A stretch of DNA of 64,000 bases from an uncultured virus (IMG/VR IMGVR_UViG_3300020576_008020). Taxonomy: Duplodnaviria; Heunggongvirae; Uroviricota; Caudoviricetes. The stretch's first letter is position 1, and each line of letters opens with the position of its first letter. Shown here piece after piece: positions 9,367-18,529 of the stretch. The notes under the pieces are model-generated. The model was given only the letters and a program-made list of their open reading frames with translations, ran no database searches and was not told the origin of the DNA. The stretch lies in the IMG/VR virus record IMGVR_UViG_3300020576_008020. One strand, 5' to 3'. The translations under genes were made by a program, and so were the position numbers.

Positions 9367-11928
9367 TCAATAGTTGCTACCGGTAGTTATGACGTTACCA
9401 AATAAATCTGTTGGTACTTGATGATTTTGATTAAAGTCCTCTCTACCAGGCAAGTCCTCAAACAGCGTTACCGGAATTCTTACAGCGTTTTTCTTGCGCT
9501 CTTCATAATCCCTGAGTTGCTGCTGCATTTCCGACTCCGACTCCAAGGCCATATTGGTAATCTTTTCCAGAAAATCCTGCTCCTTAATTTGCTCAACCTG
9601 TAATTTACGCTCTTTTCTTCTAGCATTAATTTCTCTCTTCCGTTCTTTATAGAAAGTTTCGAGCTTCTTTTTGTTTGCCTGGCCAATCTCGCTGGTTGTT
9701 GCTTTTTGCAGCTTCAACTCATCCATAATATCTTGCTGCTCCTGCTCATTAGATATTGCAATATACCTTATGAAGGCATCAAAATTACGGGATACCTCTA
9801 CGTAGCGCTTCAGCATGTCAATTGTTGACTCAGGCTGCTCATCATCATCGCTTTCTTCAGCAATAGTAATGCCGCCATCTTCATAACGTACATCCGGGCT
9901 GTTTGCATCAAATGTGGTATTGCTACCATCGGCAATTTTTATTTGATTTGATTCAAAGACTGCATATATCTCCGGGTTACGTATCTGGGTGCCGGCAAAG
10001 GAAATAAAACTAAACTTTACAATTAAACCATCGTGCCCTTTACCAATAAGCTGATTGCGCCAGTTCTCAAACCATATGGCATCTTTAGCATGAGCATCCC
10101 TGATTGCATCCCATTTTTCCTGAGTGATGACATACGGCTTTTGAATAGACAAATAATAGGGCACATGCGCTCTGCCAAACATTTCCGCATAATCTTTGTC
10201 ATCGGTAAAAAAGAAACCAAACTTATCGCGAACAGTAGTCTTATCGTAGGTATAAAATGGGTCCGACTCCGTACCATGGTAAACTTTTGCCGGCTGGCCA
10301 TTTTCATCTACAGCCTTGCTGGAGGCAAACCATTTTTTAAAATTGTCTGAATCTACAATTACACCGCCGGACTCGTGCTTTTTCATTATCAATTTTGAGG
10401 TATCCAAAACAATTATTTCGCCAGTGTCCCCGTTTTCATATACCGTAATAATACAGTCATAACCTGCGGCAATAAGTTTATCAGATAACTTTTTGCCTTT
10501 TGCCTTTTGCTTTTTGGACAAATCATACTTCCATGAAACAAGCGCATTGCCATTAACCGGTATTATTAATGGATTGATAGCTTTAAATTCGGCAACCTCA
10601 ATCGTTGGCAGCCTGTCACCAAAATCTTTGTATTGCTCTATTGCATAGTATCCCGCAGGCTCTACATCCTGACCAAACCTTTTACCTAAGTATGGCGCTT
10701 TTTCTGTATTATGAAGAAGAGTTAGTTTTTCGCCTTTAAGCTTATCCATAAAGTCCACAACACCTCCCTGCTCCTTACGCTCATACACAGAATCTCTTAC
10801 TTTTTTTATTTCCTGTTCACTTAGATTAAGCTTTTTGAACAAATGCAGGTCTATGTAATCCTTTACGCCCCCATAATTATACCCGTCATAATACTTATCC
10901 TCCAGCTCTATAAACTGATGTTCACCAGACTGAGTACTATGCGCCACTAATATTTTTGCTTGAGGATAATTTTTCTTTACGTATTTCGCTACTTTTTCGC
11001 AGCTACCGGCTATCAGATGCTCCCTGGTTAAATTGCTGACATGCTCCAGTTTTGCATACTTAAGAAACTTTTTGTCTTTGGGTAGCTGCTCCAAAAAAAT
11101 GACTATGTCCTGTTGCTTTGTTTGTGTTTCTTTACCATTACCACTTAACTCACCACCGGACTCCATTTTTTTTACAGACCCGCCTCCCTTAAAACCATCA
11201 ATGTCTTTAATATCCATTATACGCCCATTGGTGATATACTCTTCCTCCAGTCCCGGTATAAGATACTGGTTCTTTAGCATAGTATGGCCGTGGCCAACCT
11301 TAACTGCCACAGCCTTGGACATACGGATAAAATCTTTTTTACGCTGCTTTTCATCCTCAGCTATATTATTTGCGTGCAGCTTTTGTATCAGCCACTTATT
11401 GGCGGAGAAACCCCTTATATCCTTGGCCGTGATACCAAAATCAGATAGGTACCGGTTTACGCGGTCATTTTTTATTTTAAATCCATCGCCGGTACAAAAA
11501 AGGTACTTTGACTTAGATAGCTTCATTGCTTTACGCAAGGCATTGGATAAGCGCTCATCAGTAACCACCTTTTCCTGCTTAACGCCGGACTTCCCGGTAT
11601 ACCGAAGGTGAATGCTATTGCCTTCTATTTTAACCTGCGATTTCAGCAGCCCGGTAATGCCTCTATGTCCCTTTGATGCAGAATCATCGTTCCCTACACG
11701 CTCAGCAGACTTATCCATTAATGACACCACGCAGGCGGTCAAAAACACCTTTTCATCATCACTCTTCATGTCACTGGTGATGTTATACCGCAGCTTCTGC
11801 ATATTATGGGCAAGCATTTGCACCTGGCCCTGTTTTTTCTTCCAGCGCCGACGCAGCTCTGCTGCCGTTGCCGGCTTGGGCGGAACAAAAGTTTTTGCGT
11901 TGCCTTTTATTTTGCTGGTACCTGCCAT
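9367..11928 (-). CDS. polyvalent protein: N-terminal DNA topoisomerase IB + ART-PolyVal-like ADP-ribosyltransferase domain(s)
   Basis: Topo IB motifs ERVGN, GKSG, TAKDIR, VGH..MLKNQY; NFKKWF..SK.VDENGQP..VYHGT, GFFFT, GHDGLI, NQIK..N..FD..SPDVRY. Confidence 0.8.
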   Translation of the reverse strand: MAGTSKIKGNAKTFVPPKPATAAELRRRWKKKQGQVQMLAHNMQKLRYNITSDMKSDDEKVFLTACVVSLMDKSAERVGNDDSASKGHRGITGLLKSQVKIEGNSIHLRYTGKSGVKQEKVVTDERLSNALRKAMKLSKSKYLFCTGDGFKIKNDRVNRYLSDFGITAKDIRGFSANKWLIQKLHANNIAEDEKQRKKDFIRMSKAVAVKVGHGHTMLKNQYLIPGLEEEYITNGRIMDIKDIDGFKGGGSVKKMESGGELSGNGKETQTKQQDIVIFLEQLPKDKKFLKYAKLEHVSNLTREHLIAGSCEKVAKYVKKNYPQAKILVAHSTQSGEHQFIELEDKYYDGYNYGGVKDYIDLHLFKKLNLSEQEIKKVRDSVYERKEQGGVVDFMDKLKGEKLTLLHNTEKAPYLGKRFGQDVEPAGYYAIEQYKDFGDRLPTIEVAEFKAINPLIIPVNGNALVSWKYDLSKKQKAKGKKLSDKLIAAGYDCIITVYENGDTGEIIVLDTSKLIMKKHESGGVIVDSDNFKKWFASSKAVDENGQPAKVYHGTESDPFYTYDKTTVRDKFGFFFTDDKDYAEMFGRAHVPYYLSIQKPYVITQEKWDAIRDAHAKDAIWFENWRNQLIGKGHDGLIVKFSFISFAGTQIRNPEIYAVFESNQIKIADGSNTTFDANSPDVRYEDGGITIAEESDDDEQPESTIDMLKRYVEVSRNFDAFIRYIAISNEQEQQDIMDELKLQKATTSEIGQANKKKLETFYKERKREINARRKERKLQVEQIKEQDFLEKITNMALESESEMQQQLRDYEERKKNAVRIPVTLFEDLPGREDFNQNHQVPTDLFGNVITTGSNY

Positions 11929-11953
11929 GTATAAATATAGATAGTGATAGCAA

Positions 11954-11961
11954 CAAAGGTA
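11954..11961 (-). promoter_or_regulatory. Bacteroidota -7 promoter element
   Basis: TACCTTTG upstream of the 11928 start. Confidence 0.55.
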
Positions 11962-12017
11962 ATAGATATTATCGAAATATTATGTGTTGATGAGGAATCA
12001 ACAATATTGAGAAAAAG

Positions 12018-12114
12018 TATTGCACTATTACACAACTTTTTATTTACAGAAAGTCAATAAAATCAATACTTTTAGTGTTTTTTGAGCAGAATTATTGCAC
12101 TATTACACAACTTT
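12018..12114. repeat. 22-bp perfect direct repeat x2
   Basis: TATTGCACTATTACACAACTTT at 12018-12039 and 12093-12114. Confidence 0.9.
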
Positions 12115-12133
12115 ATTTGTTAACTAGACGTAC

Positions 12134-12430
12134 TTATTGTAAATTATTTTTATCTACTTTTTTCTTTCGAAACAAATTCCTGATGTACGTAAAGGTAACC
12201 AGGGTAGACAATAGCATACCCAGAAAAATACATAAGTAAGCAAAAAAACCGCCGAGAATATTTTTCAACATATCATATCCTTCAATGGCATTCCGGCGGG
12301 CACGCTCCTTTCTGGCATCAGGTGCCGGTGTTTTATCCCAGAACAAACGCCGCAATATATCAAAAGCATAGATTACACTAAACCAAAAATGCAACCAAAC
12401 ACACCAATATATTATTTTCCATATATCCAT
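12134..12430 (-). CDS. hypothetical membrane protein
   Basis: two hydrophobic segments, basic C-terminus. Confidence 0.6.
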   Translation of the reverse strand: MDIWKIIYWCVWLHFWFSVIYAFDILRRLFWDKTPAPDARKERARRNAIEGYDMLKNILGGFFAYLCIFLGMLLSTLVTFTYIRNLFRKKKVDKNNLQ

Positions 12431-12441
12431 AATGTATCTTT

Positions 12442-12879
12442 TTAGCTTGACTGTAGTGCGGCTTGCCTGGCAATATGCTCATTCATACAATTCTCAAGCA
12501 ACCTTAGAGCTTCTTTTCGGACGTACTCATGTGGGTAATACAACGCAACATATGCCAAATTACCTATACCGGTAGTATTTATGTGATTATAGTGAACAGG
12601 GCCATCTGAGATAGCAGACACAATTCTATCCTTTGCTACCTGCGCTTCGTGCGTAAAGGGCTTTCTTGTTATTGTCAGCACCATTGCATAAGTTACGGCA
12701 TCAACAAAATCAGCCAGCCATTCCAGCGGCAAAATGCAAAGCTGCGGCTTCATGGCATCTAACACCCTGCTGCTATACCGTAAACCAAATTCATCAAACT
12801 TTCTTTTTTTATAAAGAAGCTTGAATAGGCCAAAAGACATGCGCGTGGGAAAACCGGTATCTTTTAATATTGGTATCAT
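12442..12879 (-). CDS. hypothetical protein
   Basis: 145-aa ORF in operon. Confidence 0.65.
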   Translation of the reverse strand: MIPILKDTGFPTRMSFGLFKLLYKKRKFDEFGLRYSSRVLDAMKPQLCILPLEWLADFVDAVTYAMVLTITRKPFTHEAQVAKDRIVSAISDGPVHYNHINTTGIGNLAYVALYYPHEYVRKEALRLLENCMNEHIARQAALQSS

Positions 12880-12890
12880 GTTATTGCATT

Positions 12891-14216
12891 TTACAGCAAT
12901 TCATCAAAATATGCAACAAACCTATCGGATATTGCTTTCCAGGATAATGACCTTGCATATTGCTGCGCCGCATTAATCATTTTTTTACTCTCCCCGCTAC
13001 GCAACTCATGCGCAGCCTGTATCATCACCTCCGCGCACTCAAATATGTCTGTCTGCATACGGATGGTCTGGTCAAACTGATTAATAAAAGGCACCATATT
13101 ATGCATGGTATGCGCCCTCTCGCCATTATTACTAATTTCAGTAAAGGATGTATGCAGCGGCAGTATTACTGGGGTACGGCAGGCAAATGCCTCTACTACC
13201 GATAATCCCCACCCTTCCCCCGTAGTTGTAGTAATGTAAATATCGCTGGCATTGTAGATAGCTCTCAACGTAGCTATATCCGCGCCATTGGCCTGTGTAA
13301 AAAACTCCTGCGGGGCTATCTTGTAATCTTTCCCTTCTACCAGGTCCGTCTGCGCAAATATCTCCCGTAGGTCATACCCGGACATCAGCGGGTCTTTCTC
13401 CAGCATATGCAGGTAAAGAAATGGAGGCGGTAGGTGGGCATCTGGCCATTGTTCCTTTGCTTCAATAAATGCCAGTATAGTTTCCCCTATAGCTTTCCGC
13501 GGCTGGTTACGGTTGATGTTGCAGAAGATAATTTTTCCTGCGTTTTCAACACCAAAATATTGCTCACGGAATTTTTTTACCTCCGCCGGCTCCATAACAA
13601 AGAAATCATCCGGGTTTATGCCATGGGGTATCGTTTTCACGCGCTTAAGCAATTCCGGCCTGTTCCTGACTATTTCATGACGCGAAAACTTGTTGTACGT
13701 AATAATCGTATCAATGCAGTGCAGATTCCTGATATGCTCTTTAGTCAGGCGGCTGTCCACCGGTGTATACAGCACGCTTTTGAAGTTACGGAGATTGTTC
13801 TGCTGTTTATAGGCATGAGCCTCGTTCAAAAACTGGAATATATTGTTTTTGTCCAATAGCCCAATGTCATGAATAAGGAATACCAGGTCAAAACCAAGTT
13901 TATCGCCCAGTAACTGCATGCAAAACGCATGTTTTCCGTGCGGGTTTGGCTCCGCAGAAGTTATGCCGTCTTCCAGCAGCGGAGTGTAGTAATTCTTTGC
14001 CGATACCACGGTCATATTTCCTTCTACGTATGGCTCACCAAAGTAGTTGATAGCTACAAAGAAGATATGCAGACCATCGCCATAATGCTTGAGGATATGC
14101 GGCAGAATATTCTTGGTCACTGTACCAAACCCGGTACTGGCGCCATGCCAATCTCCCAGCATCAGCATGCGCTTCTGCTTCTTAATGACAACATTTGTTT
14201 TTACAGTAGGATTCAT
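12891..14216 (-). CDS. glycosyltransferase, GT4 / GT-B fold
   Basis: TGFGTV, IPHGINP, NRNQPRK, YNASDIY..GEGWGL..VEAFAC.TPVI. Confidence 0.88.
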   Translation of the reverse strand: MNPTVKTNVVIKKQKRMLMLGDWHGASTGFGTVTKNILPHILKHYGDGLHIFFVAINYFGEPYVEGNMTVVSAKNYYTPLLEDGITSAEPNPHGKHAFCMQLLGDKLGFDLVFLIHDIGLLDKNNIFQFLNEAHAYKQQNNLRNFKSVLYTPVDSRLTKEHIRNLHCIDTIITYNKFSRHEIVRNRPELLKRVKTIPHGINPDDFFVMEPAEVKKFREQYFGVENAGKIIFCNINRNQPRKAIGETILAFIEAKEQWPDAHLPPPFLYLHMLEKDPLMSGYDLREIFAQTDLVEGKDYKIAPQEFFTQANGADIATLRAIYNASDIYITTTTGEGWGLSVVEAFACRTPVILPLHTSFTEISNNGERAHTMHNMVPFINQFDQTIRMQTDIFECAEVMIQAAHELRSGESKKMINAAQQYARSLSWKAISDRFVAYFDELL

Positions 14217-14560
14217 TATACTTTAATTATTGCGTCATTTGTAGCTTTCTTTTCTTCTTCAGGCATCTGCAACGGCAGCTCCAATACATTTGCTTCGCAA
14301 TCCATGCGATATGCTAGGCCCTTCCCGTCCTCGCGCTCCACAATTGTCGCCCGCAGGCATTGGGTTGTGCATGGAAGGCGCTCATATACTATTTGCGGGC
14401 CCTGAAAACCACCTGCTTTCTGTACAGGGTATGGGCTTATCTTATGGCAATTGCATATAGCCTCCTGCACTTTTCCGGATACTTCATCCTTGGTATTACG
14501 TATGAGTACTTGCGCGTTCGTATTAGGAACGGGCTTTGTAATAAAAAATGAATTGTTCAT
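14216..14560 (-). CDS. hypothetical protein
   Basis: 114-aa ORF overlapping next start. Confidence 0.65.
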   Translation of the reverse strand: MNNSFFITKPVPNTNAQVLIRNTKDEVSGKVQEAICNCHKISPYPVQKAGGFQGPQIVYERLPCTTQCLRATIVEREDGKGLAYRMDCEANVLELPLQMPEEEKKATNDAIIKV

Positions 14561-14629
14561 TAAATACTATTTAAAAAATGAAAAACAGAATCGAATACAA
14601 ACAAAAAAAACAGAACAGTAAAATACCGG

Positions 14630-14875
14630 CTATCCGTTTATCGCCTTGTCAACATAATTCAATATGTCGCCTACCGTTTTAATCTTTGCCGCATCATCAT
14701 CATCAATTTTTAGGGAAAACTGCTTTTCCATCTCTATAATGAGTTCTACCTGGTCAAGGGAATCAAGCCCTAGGTCTTCGGTCAATGTATTGCTTTCTGC
14801 AACAGATGCACCTTCAGCATCGTACTTATCTACAAGTACGTCCTTAATTTTTTCAAAAATTTCCGGTTTGTTCAT
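14630..14875 (-). CDS. acpP: acyl carrier protein
   Basis: DLGLDSLDQVELI phosphopantetheine motif, IKTVGD; acidic, about 81 aa. Confidence 0.9.
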   Translation of the reverse strand: MNKPEIFEKIKDVLVDKYDAEGASVAESNTLTEDLGLDSLDQVELIIEMEKQFSLKIDDDDAAKIKTVGDILNYVDKAING

Positions 14876-14941
14876 GTTAAAAAACAATTAAGTTGTGAAT
14901 TTAATGGGTTAGCAAAAAATTATAATAGTGGTTAATTAATT

Positions 14942-15280
14942 TTAGGAAGTAATCTCCAAAGCAGGGGCCGCATCCGCAGCCTGCTCTTCCAGCGTAAATA
15001 CCAAATCGTATGTCTTCAGAAAAATGCTCGGCTTGCAGGGATAAAATTCATTTTCGACCCCCTTTATAATATAATCGCCGGGCATAGCCTTCATGTCGCC
15101 TTCCTTTGTGGGTATAGTCAAACTAAATATTGGCGGCGCTACACCGGCTACGTATGCCGCTTCGCTTTCCAGTTCCATTTTCAGTTCTTTTCCTACAAAG
15201 GCTTCTATCTCTTCTTTATTGAGCATATTGAAGATAATATACTCAATCGTAATCGGTTTTTTGGTGGCTTGTTTTATCAT
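14942..15280 (-). CDS. conserved phage protein (KKP..IE / GDYIIKG..EFYPCKP.IF family)
   Basis: EGDMKAMPGDYIIKGVENEFYPCKPSIFLKTY. Confidence 0.7.
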   Translation of the reverse strand: MIKQATKKPITIEYIIFNMLNKEEIEAFVGKELKMELESEAAYVAGVAPPIFSLTIPTKEGDMKAMPGDYIIKGVENEFYPCKPSIFLKTYDLVFTLEEQAADAAPALEITS

Positions 15281-15308
15281 TGTTGCTGCATGTTTGTTTT
15301 CTGAATAC

Positions 15309-15746
15309 TTATCTCATCGCGCTGCTTGCCCATCCGGATAAAGCCAGAAAAATCAAGCTCCCGGCTATCCACATTTTCGTTTTGTCCCTTTTTTTGAACG
15401 CCAGCAAGTCGGCTTTTATGGATTCTTTGCTTTCCTCCGATTGCTCATACTTATTCTTCCAGGTACCAATGGCGCCATCTTTCAAAGCCAATTTACTCTT
15501 CAGGTCATTTTTTATAGAATCCCCAATCCTAATTTCCTCGTTAAGAATAAAAAGCCCCTCGCTCATGTGGGCTATAATGGCCGTATCCTGCTCATAAAGA
15601 TTAATGTCCTGAGCAGCTTTACGCAAGACAGAGTCCGGCAGGCAGACCATCTTACCGTTGTCGTTATTTTTTTTGACCGTATCTGTCCATGAAAAACCGG
15701 ATAAGGCCATCATCAGACAAAGTATCAATAAGCTTAGCTTTTTCAT
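15309..15746 (-). CDS. secreted coiled-coil protein with C-terminal TM, possible spanin subunit
   Basis: signal peptide, coiled coil, C-terminal hydrophobic helix; overlaps upstream gene. Confidence 0.5.
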   Translation of the reverse strand: MKKLSLLILCLMMALSGFSWTDTVKKNNDNGKMVCLPDSVLRKAAQDINLYEQDTAIIAHMSEGLFILNEEIRIGDSIKNDLKSKLALKDGAIGTWKNKYEQSEESKESIKADLLAFKKRDKTKMWIAGSLIFLALSGWASSAMR

Positions 15747-16080
15747 TATGCTTTGTTTTTATCGACTCAATTTTTACAATATTTTCTCTGTATCGCTCAC
15801 GAAGGGAATCTATCACCAATTCATATTGTTGGATTTTAATATCCAAACGCCTTAGGGAATCATCCTTGTTTTTGAGCTGGCCATCGTATGACTTCTGGAC
15901 GGAATCATCCCTTTTTTTATTGTATTGCTGAGTTGAGTTTTGCTTGCGGTGACCATAAAATAGGAAAGCACACATGATTATGGCAACAACAAAAGCAGCA
16001 ATAAGCAAGAGCTTCTTGTTACCGCCGGAAGCCGCGCCAACATTGATGTTCAATGACTTTAAATCGTCTCGCTCCTCCAT
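15664..16080 (-). CDS. N-terminal TM + coiled-coil protein, possible i-spanin
   Basis: LLLIAAFVVAIIMCAFLFY followed by heptad-rich region. Confidence 0.5.
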   Translation of the reverse strand: MEERDDLKSLNINVGAASGGNKKLLLIAAFVVAIIMCAFLFYGHRKQNSTQQYNKKRDDSVQKSYDGQLKNKDDSLRRLDIKIQQYELVIDSLRERYRENIVKIESIKTKHNEKAKLIDTLSDDGLIRFFMDRYGQKK

Positions 16081-16094
16081 AGAATAAAAGTTTT

Positions 16095-16133
16095 AAAAAA
16101 GCCGTGCGACAACTTCGTCAGTGGCCGCACGGC
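16095..16133 (-). terminator. putative intrinsic terminator
   Basis: GCCGTGCG/CGCACGGC stem with A-run on + strand. Confidence 0.5.
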
Positions 16134-16215
16134 GCGGTTTGTGTTATTCAACATTGCCTTTGAATGTCGTAAAGATATTTACTTTCAACGATAAACAAAA
16201 GAAAAAGTTACTTTT

Positions 16216-16932
16216 TTATCCTCTGGCCAATAAAAATTTATGCAGGTCGCGGGTCCAGCGGGCGTCAGCAAGGGCATCGTGCTCATTTTCATTTACAGGG
16301 AAACCCGGAAACTGCTCTATCATTTTCACCTTTTCTTCCATAGACAACTGCGCTCTTATTTCGCTGTCAATAGTCCCGGCAGTTCCCTTATGAATTATAG
16401 AGTCTGCGCCTGCATCCAGCATTTGTTTCAAGTCGCGCATATACATTGGGAAACCTACGGGCAGGCTTACCATTGTACCAAAAAGCGAACAGAAAAGCAC
16501 CCAGTCATAGTCGGCAAAGTAGCCGTAAAAGTCGGGCTGGGCGTAGCCATGCTCATATGAGATATTGTGTTTTTGCCGATAAGCCGGATGCCGAACTATA
16601 CTAGGCACAGTAGACTCCATGTGTGGATTTATAAATTGCAATATATCGGTCGCTATCTGACCGTTTGATTTGCCATACGACTTATGGAAATCAAGTTCAC
16701 TAATGTGATTGCGATTATCCCCATGAACCGTAGACGTATATAATGGCAAAATAACATTTTCTCTTACCCAGGCATTGGCATCCTTGTAATCATATTCATT
16801 GCTAATGGCAAAATATTCCCGGCCATCGTCAGCAACTATACCTATGCTTATTAGGTCAATATGGTGCCGGCGCTTGCCAAACCAAGGCTTATGGAAGCCT
16901 TCAATAAATTCGCAATCCATGTAATAACGCAT
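16216..16932 (-). CDS. 3'-5' exoribonuclease, Rv2179c / RNase AS-like DEDDh
   Basis: YMDCEF, DLISIGIVADDGREYFAIS, ADYDWVLFC, HDALADARW. Confidence 0.85.
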   Translation of the reverse strand: MRYYMDCEFIEGFHKPWFGKRRHHIDLISIGIVADDGREYFAISNEYDYKDANAWVRENVILPLYTSTVHGDNRNHISELDFHKSYGKSNGQIATDILQFINPHMESTVPSIVRHPAYRQKHNISYEHGYAQPDFYGYFADYDWVLFCSLFGTMVSLPVGFPMYMRDLKQMLDAGADSIIHKGTAGTIDSEIRAQLSMEEKVKMIEQFPGFPVNENEHDALADARWTRDLHKFLLARG

Positions 16933-17019
16933 ATGCTATAGCTATTTTGGTACTGATGTCGGTTATAAATAATAGGTGCCGCTGGCGTACCTACACCAGC
17001 GGCACTTATTTTTCTGTTA

Positions 17020-17649
17020 TTAATACTGCCAGGTAGCCGCCTGCACGCCACGCATTTGGCCCGCCTGAATTTCACGTATCGCCAGTGTATACAAGGCAAT
17101 TTTTTCACTGTTATTTTCAGACTTGGCTACTTCCCGCTGGCTGTTCAGCTCATCAATGACTTTTGCGCAGGCACACTTGATGGCATAAACACTTTTTGGA
17201 AGCTCTCCATAAACAGGTGGATTAAGGTTAACGGACTGCTCTCCATAGGTCAATGGGCGGCCTATCATATTGCCATTCCAGTTAAGGGGCAGCTCAGAAA
17301 CGTGGATACCCGCTTCTCTGTATAATTTTACCTCTTCCGCCACACCTTCAATAATCTCGCCAATAGCGTACACCTCAGCGCCTGAATCAGCTACGATGGC
17401 CACCATAGCGTCACGGTTTGGCTTGCCATTATGATAACACCCTACCTGCTCCGGGAACAGCTCATCCAATGTATCTACCAGCTCAGTAGAAAAGCCTTTT
17501 TCTACTACGGCATGACGCGGCATAAATCCATGAATAAGCACAGTTTGGCCGCTTTTCCCACCATGGCGCTCTGATAATTGTTCTAGCACCGGCTTAATGT
17601 CTGACATTTTTTGTCCTTTAATCGTAAAGGAAACTGCAATGAATTTCAT
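17020..17649 (-). CDS. two-domain protein with C-terminal Acb2/Tad1-like helical hairpin
   Basis: LTYGE..V..NP...IK..CA.VIDELN...LAIREIQAGQMRGVQAATW. Confidence 0.5.
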   Translation of the reverse strand: MKFIAVSFTIKGQKMSDIKPVLEQLSERHGGKSGQTVLIHGFMPRHAVVEKGFSTELVDTLDELFPEQVGCYHNGKPNRDAMVAIVADSGAEVYAIGEIIEGVAEEVKLYREAGIHVSELPLNWNGNMIGRPLTYGEQSVNLNPPVYGELPKSVYAIKCACAKVIDELNSQREVAKSENNSEKIALYTLAIREIQAGQMRGVQAATWQY

Positions 17650-17693
17650 ACTTTTTTTGTTTTTGGTTTTATGATTATTAATAATAAAAAAAC

Positions 17694-18509
17694 TTAGTTT
17701 TTTGTTGTAGCCAGCTCCTTACCAGACCTTCGCGTATATCCCTCTTTTGTAAATGGTTCTTTAAACTGCAATTTAGGGATTGACCGGCCTGGACCCGTCC
17801 AGTATATCTGCGCATGACCAATGACCGGTATTGTGCCGGATAGCACCTTTGTTGTATTCCAGGTGTTGTTAATGATTGCTATGGGAAACGGTAGCGTATT
17901 AATCATTTTTCCGCTTTTCTTTGTTCCGTGCTTCCCATTTGGCTGCACCACTATTATTTCATTGTCGCACAGTTCAACATAGCACATCAGCGCATATAAA
18001 AATGGAGCTATCCTGTTCCCATCTGCACTTAACCAATGCTCCGCAAGCTTGTTGTTGTCCAGGTCAACGTAAAGCAAAATCCAGTATAACTCCCCGTCAT
18101 CAAGAGGAGTACGTTTTTCCGGAGGATGCAATTTAAAGGTAATGTGCGCAAATGAAATTACGCCATTGTGTTTGAAGACCCGCAGACAACTATTCCCATC
18201 TGGTAATATAAATGTCTTTTTAAAATCCGGCAAACTCTTGAATAACTTCCAGCCCTCTATATCAATACACTTTTTGGTATCCAGCAGGTTAAGCTTATCG
18301 ACGACCGACCTGGTGACCAAAAAAGTTTTATTATCCTTTACATCCAGCATATGGTACATGCCGCGCAAATTAGCACCCTCATCAGTATCCAGGTAGTCTA
18401 CAAGATTGTTTACCACTACTCCCTGAGACTCTGCCTGCGTAATAACCATTTCCACCCAAAGATTAGGGTCAGTCAGTAGCCTCTTTACTATATGATTCTC
18501 AAATCTCAT
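17694..18509 (-). CDS. hypothetical phage protein
   Basis: 271 aa; C-terminal VIGH..YWTGPGR motif typical of phage proteins. Confidence 0.7.
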   Translation of the reverse strand: MRFENHIVKRLLTDPNLWVEMVITQAESQGVVVNNLVDYLDTDEGANLRGMYHMLDVKDNKTFLVTRSVVDKLNLLDTKKCIDIEGWKLFKSLPDFKKTFILPDGNSCLRVFKHNGVISFAHITFKLHPPEKRTPLDDGELYWILLYVDLDNNKLAEHWLSADGNRIAPFLYALMCYVELCDNEIIVVQPNGKHGTKKSGKMINTLPFPIAIINNTWNTTKVLSGTIPVIGHAQIYWTGPGRSIPKLQFKEPFTKEGYTRRSGKELATTKN

Positions 18510-18529
18510 GCGGTATTATATTGTTTTTA

